Below are positions 53,592-64,000 of a stretch of DNA of 64,000 nucleotides, piece after piece. The position numbers and the translations under genes are program-made. The notes below the pieces were generated by a model, which was not told where the DNA came from, made no database searches, and saw nothing but the letters and a program-made list of their open reading frames with translations. The DNA is from Cenococcum geophilum (Eukaryota), in assembly GCA_050273025.1 (NCBI GenBank), contig CP158635.1, positions 21,328,001-21,392,000 of the forward strand, read 5' to 3'. Numbering within the stretch: position 1 is the stretch's first letter; the number at the start of each line of letters is the position of its first letter.

Positions 53592-55194
53592 TAGCGGTAC
53601 GTCCGCAGCGGACGGCGCACAGGCATTTGCAGGAATCAACCTCGGAAATATATACTATGGGGACACTGCGGCTCGCAAATGTTAGTACATTGAGCTCCTT
53701 GATCCAGTCATCGGGTCTGTCGAGCTAATACTACATTAAGCAACCCCTCTGCAGGCCCCATCCGAACCATTCTCTACCGTCCCCTTTCGACGAGATCCCG
53801 ACTTTGTCGACCGTGACAATGTTCTGATTCAGATTGAACAACGCTGCTCTCAACCGGCTGGTCGTGCTGCGCTTGTCGGCCTCGGCGGTGTAGGGTAAGC
53901 AATCGTAAAACCGTCCGGCGTTTGCCCGGCTAACTTCCATAGGAAATCTCAACTTGCTATCGAGTACTCCTACCGCCTTCGAGGCCGATCACCGCAGACA
54001 TGGGTATTCTGGGTGCACACAAGCAACGCGGCGAGGTTCGAAGCGGCATACAAGAATATCGCGGACAGGCTTCAGCTACCTGGAAGGGATGACACTACGG
54101 TCAATGTGCTCCAACTGGTGTGCAACTGGCTCCGCAGTGAGGGTGATAGACAATGGCTCATTATCCTCGATAACGCCGATAATGAGAGCTTTTTCAATAT
54201 ACAAAGGCATGAGGTGCAAGGTGCAGCGTCTGGGAATACTCATGGTAGGCTGACGCTCGCGGATTTCCTTCCACAGAGCAAGAATGGATCAATCCTTATC
54301 ACATCTAGAAACATGGATGCCGCTGTAAAACTCACCGGCAGTTACAAGGACATTATTCAGATCCAAAAGATGAATCGGGACGAAGGCGTTGAGCTACTGC
54401 GGAAGAAGCTCCGGTGTCCGTTAGATGAACAGGCAATAGAGCTGTTAGCTGCACTTGACTATATACCGTTGGCAATAACTCAAGCCGCGGCCTTTATAAA
54501 CAAGCGCTGGCCTCGAACGACAGTGGCAAGCTATGCGCAAGAGTTACGTACGAACAACAAGAAAAGGGCAAAGCTCCTAAGTCAAGCCGTGGCGGATTTG
54601 CGCCGAGACGAAGAGGCATCTAACTCTATCCTTGCTACATGGCAAATATCCTTTGAGCATATCCGCGAAGAGAAACCGTCTGCTGCCAACCTACTTTCGT
54701 TGATGAGCTTCTTTAACCCGCAGGGGATTCCCGAGTTTCTACTCCGAGGTTACTCGGGAAGCAAACCGAATACTAAAGACGACGATGATGGGGAAGACGG
54801 GTTCGAAGATGACTTAGATTTATTAAGGAGCTACTTATTAGTAATAACAAACGGAAATGGGGACGTCTTTGAGATGCACCGGCTGGTCCAGTTTGCAACA
54901 AGAACGTGGCTCCGATCGTTTGGCGGAGAAGATAGGTGGCGGCGAAAGTTCCTTGCTATCCTATCCAAGGAGTTTCCTACCGGAGAGTTCAGTAACTGGT
55001 CACAGTGCCAGCTGCTTCTTCCACATATTGAGCCCATGGTAGACGAGGAGCCCGTAGACACCGAAGAAGCAAAATACTGGGCGCAAGTTCTGTACAATGC
55101 AGCTTGGTACACGTGGAGTTAAGGACTCTATATTCAGGCAGAAGAGATGATCCAGGGTTCAATATCGGCAAGAACGAGAGTGTTAGGCGTAGAC

Positions 55195-55725
55195 TATATA
55201 GAGACGCTAGCAAGCGTTAGCATTCTGGCGTTAGTGCTGCAATACCAGGGCAAGTACGACGAGGCCGAGCAGATGAACCGACGAGCGCTGGAAAGGAGGG
55301 AGAAGGCGCTGGGGGAAGAGCATCCTTCCACGCTGACGAGCGTTAGCAACCTGGCGTTAGTGCTGCAATACCAGGGCAAGTATGACGAGGCCGAGCAGAT
55401 GAACCGACGAGCGCTGGAAAGGAGGGAGAAGGCGCTGGGGGAAGAGCATCGTTCTACTCTAACGAGCGTCAGCAACCTGGCGGTAGTGCTGCAATACCAG
55501 GGCAAGTACGACGAGGCCGAGCAGATGAACCGACGAGCGCTGGAAAGGAACGAGAAGGCGCTGGGGGAAGAGCATCCTGACACGCTGATGAGCGTCAGCA
55601 ACCTGGCGTTAGTGCTGAAATACCAGGGCAAGTACGACGAGGCCGAGCAGATGAACCGACGAGCGCTAGAAGGGAGGGAGAAGGCGCTAGGGGAAGAGCA
55701 TCCTGACACGCTAATGAGCGTATAT
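55195..55725 (+). repeat. Near-identical 126-bp (42-aa) TPR repeats, about 4 units
   Basis: Repeating unit TLTSVSNLALVLQYQGKYDEAEQMNRRALERREKALGEEHP, visible at both DNA and protein level. Confidence 0.95.
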
Positions 55726-56340
55726 TGCCTTGCATACCTCTACCATCAGCAGAGGCGGTACGATGCTGCGTCCGTGATGTACCAAAGGGCGTGCGATGGG
55801 TATAAGAGAAGGCTTGGCCTAAATCACCCTACCACGGTAGCATGCTGCGACCATTTCGCAAAGATGGTACAAGAGATGCATAAACTTAGACCTCACTTAA
55901 AGGGAAACAGGTGCCGCCCCTCTAAGCTCTTAAAATACCTTCGCAAAGTTATCCCTTAGTAAATAACTCCAATAACTCTCTTTACACAGTATATTAATAT
56001 TTCTTTTATAATCTCTATTACATAGAGGGGTCCGGGGCCGACTGAATATAAGTAGCTAGAATGCTTTTATTAGCGTCTCGCATTTTCTAGAAAGCTCTGT
56101 GGCTTGGTAAAAAGAACTATCTCTAGCGCTTTAGGTGGCGAAAGGTAGGGTTGCATGCTGGGACCGGTAGCTTAGCACAGCCACAAGCCGTTTCTCTTTG
56201 GTTGTAGTTACTTATTGTATCCCCTAACACGTCAGTTTACGTCTATCTGTTATCGATAAGGACTAACCAATTAAATCAACCGAATTGAATCGTCGTGATT
56301 TTGGTGTTCCGCGCACGGACCAAATTCTAGATAGACGCTG

Positions 56341-56440
56341 ACGTGTTTAAGGGATAGTTATGACGGTTCGGAACATCAAAACTACGCACAGACGAAATTT
56401 GGTAGGAACCGTCATAACCCTATCGCTCATATATATACGA
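56341..56440. mobile_element. About 100-bp pogo-related miniature inverted-repeat relic
   Basis: IR GTTATGACGGTTC / GAACCGTCATAAC. Starts ACGT and resembles the TIR/subterminal sequence of the element at 32527 (GTTATAACGGTTAGGAACACCAAAA). Confidence 0.45.
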
Positions 56441-57763
56441 AACCGATTTTGCAATCCACTATACTGGTAATGCATGCCCTCTTCAATGCCACTAACTTCC
56501 AGATTCATCAGTAAGCTAGCCTTGTTAGGCACTCTTCTGAAAACTTCCGTAAATGGTCACGACGATTGGCTATCTGTAGAAACGAGTTTCCCTAAGTTAA
56601 CTTTTCATACTACCTCATGGATTCCTTAACGTAACAGCCTAATTATTCAACGTCGACGCTACTGTATAACGCCTCGTGGCAATCGACGATACATACGCTA
56701 CCAACTCATGCTCTAAGTCCATCCTACTGGGACGCACGGGATCCCCGTGGCCGGGTTTCTAGTCTTGATTGAGCAGGTGTTCGCAAGACAAGATGTCGAA
56801 AGTATTGCTATTAGGCTTCAAGTGCCTGCGAAGTATTTCCTTACGTCTATAATATTAGGATTCTATCCTTTTAACAAAGCAAGGTTCACATTCTTGAGCA
56901 CTTAGTCGCGCACGATGCCGCATTAATCGAGTGAGTGGTAAGTAGCGAATCCGAATTTCGGTTTTTCAAATGGATACTTGCAGATTATGAGAAACGACCC
57001 GAGGGTATAAGTCACTCTGTAGTCCTTTTCACTTCCTCATTTTCAAGATATTGTATAGAGTGGGTTCGCTCTACATACGTCTCTTTTCTTGATCCTATTG
57101 CATGAACAACTTCGATCAACATTCTAGAACCTCTGCCGAAACTCCAATCTGTCTTCTGGCACCTTCTCATGGTGGTAGGGTAAACCCAGTTTAAATTATT
57201 GTTAGCTATCCTGTCAAAGCAGCAGGCGATGTCTAGAACACAAATCATTAAATCCTTTGCCGATAGCGAGGTTGACACATCTTGTTTTTATAATTCCATT
57301 CAAACCTTGTCCTACAGAGATCCCATAATGCTAAAGTGGAAAATTATGCTTCTCGAAGCCATTCCTTTTCGACCTTCCTCCTATTTCTCTTCATCAAGCC
57401 CCAATGCTTGAAGGTGCTCCTGTCTATCCCCACCAAAGACTAATTTTGCAAATTTTCGTAATTCATCACTTTATAGTTTCCGAGACGGCAACTCTGTATA
57501 TAACTATATTAGCTTCAGTCGGCAGGGGTATATTTCTTAGACTTCGAGCCTAAATTTGCTAGTAGTAAGACGCAGAAGTACTCCAGAGCTATGCTACACA
57601 TGCTACACCTCCGGTAACGCCAGAGATCAATCCGTCCCATCATATCTGCCTCCGAAAATAGAACTCCGTCCATGCAGCTAGGTAAGTACGCAGCGACGCC
57701 GAATCAAAACCCGCTCTTGCAGATTCCCACGTTTGGCCTTCTTTACGTCTACCCGCTCATCAC

Positions 57764-59916
57764 TTATCCGAAAAACCCATGCCCGCCCTCCTGGCTCCCG
57801 TATGTTGTTCCAAACCCTGGCACAGGCCCAGCATCCATATCGTCTAAGTTCAAATAATCGTCCAGCACACCCTCCTGCATGAGTCCCCCGTCCGCACCCA
57901 GCACCGCATCCTGGCCCATGCCGACGCCAACGCCCACACCCATGACCTGCTGCGGGGGCGGGGGGGGCTCGATGCCATCGAAGATGCGCGTGCCAAGCGG
58001 GACGGCACGACCGAGCGCCTCGACGCGCTCAGACTTGCGGTTGCCAGCGACGTTGGCGGCACCGGAGCTGTCGCCGCGGGCGTTCATCCAGGTGCCGGCG
58101 TCGCTGATGTCGCCGCGGCTGAGCGCCTGCTTGAAGGTCGCCGGGTCCTGCAGGATCGGGAACAGGATGCTGGACTCGTACCAGCGGCCCTTGATCTCGG
58201 CGATGTCGAGGCGCGCCTGGACGGATATCAGCTTCCAGTAGCCGAGCGCGCGGATCGTCGGCAGCGTGACGCTGTTGCGCCAGCGCAGGTCCTCGCGCAT
58301 GCGTAGCGGCAGCGCGCGGTCCGACGGCGCGGTCGGCGGCGCCGCCGGGTTCGGCACGTCCAGGCTGCAAAAGGTGTAAATGTCGCCGACGAGGAAGGCG
58401 CCGTAGCGCGAGCCGCCGGGCATGCCGCCGCCGGGCCCCGTGGTGGGCGGCTTGCGGTCCAGGATGTCCGTCACTACCATGACGTCGTTGCCGCTGCCGA
58501 GCCGCAGGCGGACGGGCTCGCCAGCCCAGATCTTCTCGCCGCCTAGGAAGGCCCCGTTCCAGTGCCGTTCCTCGTGGCCGGTGGGTGCGAGCGTGGTTTT
58601 CACCAGGTCGAAGAGCGTGTAGCTCGCGTCGATGGATTTGGCGGCTAGGATTGAGCCGTCGACTTCTAGGTCGCCGTCACTGCCGTATTTGTGCGCGCAG
58701 AGACCTTGCCAGTCGACGAGCTCGTAGGACGCTGGGCGCGTTTGCAGGTAGCTGTGCGTGCAGGGCGGGGCGGACCAGGCGAGCCAGGGCCGGAGCATGG
58801 TTTCCTTGGTTATCGTGACGGCTGGTGGGTGGCCGAAGGGATGAGATAGCGGTTGAATTATATAGCCGCGCATATCGTGCTGGGAGGGGTCTTTCTGAAT
58901 GTAACGGCGAGTAATGACTCCTAGACCCCATGCAGAGCCTCGATCGAACCATATTAATTCGCCGGAACGGAAGATGAATTTGTTGTATTGAGCATCGACT
59001 TGTTGGTCTATGGAGCGAGGCTGTGGGAGAGGGGAGGGAGTAATTGTCCGAGGTATGCTGGGCTGATGTGCCGGAGTGGGTATAGGAGTAGGTATTGGAG
59101 TAGGTACCGGGGTTGCAGGTTTCGAGGTTTGATTTTGGGAGGGTTGACTCTGAACTATTTGGGTTTGCGCCGGTGGTTTCTGGGCAGGTGGATTCTGGGT
59201 TGGCTTCGGGGGAGGACGACGGATTATCTCAACAATAGGGTGGCGGCCTATTCCAGGAGAATTGGATGGTGTCTCCTCCTTCTTGATTGTCGCTGTAGGA
59301 GTGGCTGCTTTAGGTTCCTTGACTGCAGCTGCTTTGTCTCCCTCTAGCTCCTCTGGACAGCACAGCTTGCATGTGCAGTTATTTGGGTCACCAGCCTGGT
59401 CTGTTGTAAGCCATAAGAGGTGTGGGAAGTAGTCCGCAGGACTCCTGAAGCGCTTTTTGGGACCAAGTGGATGGCCATAAAGGTATGCGTCCTGGCGGTC
59501 ATGGCCACCTCCGGAATGGTTTTTGTTTGGCTTGCGGACTGTGGTCCCATCGCCTTCAGTTCCTCTCGACTTTATGTGCTCATAAAGACGGTAATTTTCA
59601 GGGAACTCGTGTAGGATGCTATTTGAGGCTCGATCTAACAGACGTGAGTGGGGAAGTTGGAGGGCATAGGTTTCAACATACCTGCATACTCTGCACCACC
59701 AATTTCTCTCAAGAGCATGCCAGCGAGTTTCCTCCTCCAATCCATATGCTTGACTTCATCTGGGGCTATCTCTCGGTAGTAGTCGCAGACTCCCTTCGCA
59801 TCAGGAGTGCGATCGAGCTGGGCGGCCGTGGGGGCATTCTTCTGCTTGCCCTTGCTCGTCTGCACATCGAGTTTTGCATCAGATCGCCGAACAAACACAG
59901 GGTAGAAACGCGTCAT
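57764..59916 (-). CDS. clr2: Clr2-like transcriptional silencing protein
   Basis: Probable start MTRFYPVFVRRSD (59916), intron 59681-59635. WRRKLAGML, PENYRLYEH and RQDAYLYGHPLGPKKRFRSPADYFPHLLWL...NCTCKLC, plus C-terminal GAFLGGEKIWAGEPVRL and DIAEIKGRWY. Confidence 0.8.
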
Positions 59917-60522
59917 GGTGTTGGCATGGTCGTGAGGCAGCTTCCGGACCGGTAGATGCCCAGGAGGAGGGTGCTGGTGTGCGTGGTTATTGGACAATGT
60001 CAGTCGCCTGCAACTCAGTTACAGTATTCAACCCTCAGCCATGAAGAAAGGACGTCGATCGGTGATATTTTAGATCCGAGCGCCAAGATTCCACGAACGC
60101 GAAAGTACGTGAAAGCGCTTCTCAACCAAGGGATATTCCCTTTCTCCACCGTTTCGATGCTGAGGGTCAAGTTGGACCTGTGATAGTTCTCTGACCGTAG
60201 TCAATCCTTGCCAGCATACCTCTTGGATACATTTTTCGTCTCGTTTCTACTTGTTAATGCATTGTCAGCTCACTACATCTCACCCACACTTTAATTCCTA
60301 AAGGAGCATATCTTATTCACTTTGCTATTAGGTCATTCACTCTGCTAAACAAACGCGAAATCGCCTGCAATCCTGTTCTTGTCAGGTGGTATTCTAAAAA
60401 ATTTCAGTCTTCACTTCAACTCCCGTCACTCCGTGCCCTCCCCCTCACAAACCTCCACCGAAACTTCGGAACGGTTGCTGTCTATCTGATGAACCTCTGC
60501 CTCACGACATAGAGTAACAACC

Positions 60523-63500
60523 ATGATGGATTCACGCAGAGTGAAATTGGGTTCGCCTCTCCCAATCACGCCGACGAAGCGACACCGAGGGACAGTACAA
60601 GACCTGCTCCAGCAATTTGGTTCAACAAACTCTCCTTCCTCAGTTTCACGAGAACGAAAGTTGTCTATGGCAAAGAGAAAAGACTCTCAAAACCGCGAAT
60701 TGAGACAAACCCGTCGAATATCATACAATATCTCCGATAGTTCTGATGCATCGTCATCCCCTAGTGTCTCTTCCGCCTACGAAACCCCCGAGAAGTTACG
60801 ACTAACACCAATGGAGGACACAACTAGTGAGGGTGAGCCACAGCAGCCAGCAATTGCACCTTCATCCGGGCGCTTATTGCGGTCCCGCGCGGTGACTTCT
60901 CAGCGAACAGCCGTGAAGAGTCTGAAGCAGGATACATCTCGACGTCAAACATCTGAAGGAGGACGCAGAGTCAGTGCTCGGCAGGCCAAAACGATTCTGA
61001 CATCAGATGCACATGTGGTGGAAAGCAAGAATCTAACTAAAGCCGTCAAGCCGAAGATCGAAACCTCGCGAACTCGACTCAGGGATGAGATTGCCACTCA
61101 AACAATGGCGAGGAAGGACAACTTTCTGGTTGCAAATAAGGATTACTTCCTTCCCCTCCTACCTGAGCACAACTATGTTGCAAAACTTGCTTCCAGCCGA
61201 CGCAATTCTAAAGCTTCAATCGTCGAGTACACTCAAATAGAAGAACAACCGAAAAAGTAGGTTTGCTCTTATGACTCAAAAGTTGAAGCTAAGTATTATC
61301 TAGTATTACCGCTACGATGAAGCCTTATCAACTAAGTGGGCTTTCATTTCTTGTTCATCTCCACAATAATGGAATGTCAGGAATGCTAGGAGACGAAATG
61401 GGTCTGGGCAAGACTCTCCAAACTCTGTCACTTTTTCAGTATCTAGAGGAACGAGATCGAGCTTTGTCAGCCTCATCCGAAGAGAATCGACCATATCTTG
61501 TAGTTTGTCCTCTCGCTGTTCTTGGATCTTGGGTGAGCGAAGCCCGCAAGTGGGTTCCCGGATTGAAAGTTCTTCGTTTCCATGGTACGCTCAACGAACG
61601 AAATCGCCTCAAAAAGGTTGCCACAGGAGAGGAAGATTGGTACGGCAACAAGACCACTCAATCTAAGAGACGGAAAGCAGATCGGAAGTCAGGCAAGAAA
61701 GTCTCCAAGCTTGCGGGTAGTGAACAGACTAAGGAAAGCTACAAGATTGTAGTCACCAGCTACGAACAGTTCGTTGCCGAACAAAGCTGGTTTAAAAAGT
61801 CATTCGTCTGGCGATATGTAGTGCTTGACGAAGGCCACAAAGTCAAGAATAATGTGACTCAGGTTTCTACCGCTCTTCAAAGTCTGAAAGCTGAGTATCG
61901 GCTGATTCTCACTGGCACGCCACTGCAAAACAACCTTCACGAGATGTGGGCACTTCTTCATTGGTTATATCCGGAAGTCTTCACTGAGAATAGTGCTGAG
62001 CTGTTCAAATCATCTTTCGACTTGAATCGTGGCAAAGTCAGCACAACAGTCATGGATGACGCACGCCGATTGTTGGAGCTCATCATGCTCCGTCGCATGA
62101 AAAACAGTCCCGAAGTGAATCTTGGCCTTCCTCCGAAGGAAGAGATCCTACTTTACGTCCCTCTCACTCCGATGCAGCGCTTCTGGTACACTCGCCTTCT
62201 GACTCGTATGGGCGACGGAATGCTTAACGACCTCTTCTCGGATGTTAAGAATAAAGAGAAAGATGCTTTAATGAAGGATGCTCAGGAAGATGAGCGCTTG
62301 GCGCAGGTGGAAGAGCTGGAAAAGCGTGCAGATGAGAGGCCTGATGAGTGGCAAGAGACTCGCGAGATCATGCTTCAAGCGCTTGAGCAAGAACACAAAG
62401 ACTCATCAACTAAGGGAGCCTGGCAAAGACTAATGAACCTGATCATGCAGCTTCGCAAATGTTGTAGTCATCCGTATCTCCTCCCTAACGCGGCGCCTGA
62501 ACCATATCATCTTGGTGAGCACATTATTCGTGCTTCTGGGAAGTTTATCGTGCTGGAAAAACTGCTCAAGGAGTCGATTTTAGTAAGGGGCAAGAAAACT
62601 CTAATTTTCTCTGGTTTCACCAGAACCCTTGATTGCTGCGAGGATTTACTCACTTTGATGGGCGGCCATGGAGAGTCATTCAGATATCTTCGATTTGACG
62701 GTCAAACTGGGAGAGCACGGCGGAATCTGGGCATACGCATGTTCAACGACCCCACGTCTGAGTATAAGGTGATGCTGCTTTCTACTCGAGCTGGTGGTCT
62801 TGGCATCAACCTCGCTTCTGCCACCGAAGTCATCTTCATGGATGAGGATTGGAATCCTCAGATCACCCTTCAAGCAGAAGCTCGAGCTCACCGCATTGGG
62901 CAAGCCCAGCCTGTTACGGTCTATAAGCTCTGTACGCAAGGCACGGTAGAGGAGCAGATGATGGGCCGTATACGAAAGAAGCTTTATCTTTCAGCAAAGA
63001 TTACCGAATCCATGCGCAATATCCACAGTGAATCTCAAGAAACCAAAACCAGCAAGCGGAAGAATGGTGCTCAAAGCACCACAGACGACATGCCGCAACT
63101 TGACACATCCCAACTCAAATCACTTGTCCGACGAGGTGCGCAAACACTATCACATCCTGAAATCGATGTCACTGAAATGCTCTCCTGGGACCTTAAGACA
63201 ATGCTGGAGAAATGTCGTGACAAGCCCTCTGACCCGCATATTGGGGCCGAATCCGCTACAAGCACGGACGTCGACGAGGAGAAATGGCTTTCCGTAATGG
63301 AACGGGTCGAATGCGCCATTTTTGACGGGAAGAGATATCAGCGCACACTTGAGGCTGAAGGCAAAGCCAATATCCTCCCTAACGAGATTACTCGAGAAGA
63401 CAGACGCAAGGGCAAGAACACGACCGTCATGATCGATGGGTTCGCCATCAACAAGGAATCTCTCAACTGCGCAGACTGGGAAGCCGTGCCCACGATGGCA

Positions 63501-64000
63501 GGCAAAGATCCTCGTCTCGCAGAGCCCATACGAGAGAAGAAAGCCGAAATCAGCCATGAGGAACACTGTCACACCTGTTATGATGGTGGAGAGCTGGTTC
63601 TCTGCACTGGCTGCCCACGGTCATATCATAAGGCGTGTCTATCTCCAGAATTCCAAGCCCGACTCAAAGGTTGGCGCGGTTTCTACTGTCCACAACATGA
63701 ATGCGCCGACTGCGGAAAGAAGACCTCCGATTCAGGTGGCATGCTTTTTCGCTGTAGATGGTGCGCGAGAGGTTACTGTGAGGATTGCCTCGAGTGGGAT
63801 AAGACAGTGCTTGTGGGAGAAACCATACCCGAATACGAGATGTTGGGTGAGGGAGCAAACAAACAGGCGTTCTTTATCCGTTGTCCGCCTTGTGGGGAGT
63901 GGTGTAACGAAGACCCTGCGGCTAAGGAATGGTTTGAGGGTATGGAAAAAACTTATAAAGAGCAACACGCAGAATGGGTTGACGCGACGGAGGCAAGCAG
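60523..64000 (+). CDS. SNF2-family chromatin-remodelling ATPase with C-terminal PHD-type fingers; 3' end outside window
   Basis: Intron 61257-61303. GDEMGLGKT, VLDEGH, LTGTPLQNN, LSTRAGGLGINL and QAEARAHRIGQ, then CHTCYDGGELVLCTGCPRSYHKACL and FYCPQHECADC. Frame stays open to the window end. Confidence 0.9.

Larger units (their letters stand above)
43972..55959 (+). pseudogene. NLR (amyloid R0 motif - NB-ARC - TPR), disrupted by a TE insertion and a premature stop
   Basis: ATG 43972-44008 joins 53594 in frame after TE removal: MSSASLPHQQYISGTSAADGAQAFAGINLGNIYY. Introns 53681-53740 and 53895-53942. P-loop GLGGVGKS, Walker B WLIILDNAD, ILITSR, IPLAI and MHRLV motifs. In-frame TAA at 55120-55122. 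42-aa TPR repeats. Confidence 0.9.

Noticed and set aside
55194..55709. Antisense 171-aa repetitive ORF, or a CRISPR-like array
   Set aside because: It is the reverse-strand shadow of the TPR repeats. There are no unique spacers and the context is eukaryotic.
60523..64000. Calling the SNF2 gene ISW2 or mit1
   Set aside because: No HAND-SANT-SLIDE domain is visible and the PHD fingers are C-terminal. Orthology cannot be set without a phylogeny.

Overview
Eukaryotic DNA from a filamentous ascomycete (Pezizomycotina; spliceosomal GT-AG introns with CTRAY branch sites, TpA-rich transposon relics typical of RIP). Gene models were spliced by eye. Conserved genes: Dal5-type MFS permease, ESA1, PP4 catalytic subunit, COA2-like protein, a bZIP factor, ras1, a CinA/MPT-binding protein, GMF/AIM7, a Clr2-like silencing factor and a SNF2-PHD remodeller. 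Between them lie decayed genes (GH28 RgxB-like, sugar porter, F-box, a tandem Ulp1-like protease) and a transposon-rich block at about 26.5-53.6 kb (Harbinger-type MITEs, two Fot1/pogo elements, Tc1, piggyBac, a chromodomain Gypsy element). The main finding is a hidden amyloid-signalling immune gene pair. An intact HeLo-like cell-death effector with a two-repeat HET-s-type amyloid tail (42616-43601, -) sits head-to-head with an NB-ARC/TPR NLR. The NLR's matching N-terminal amyloid repeat appears only after a 9.6-kb nested pogo+Gypsy insertion (44009-53591) is removed in silico.
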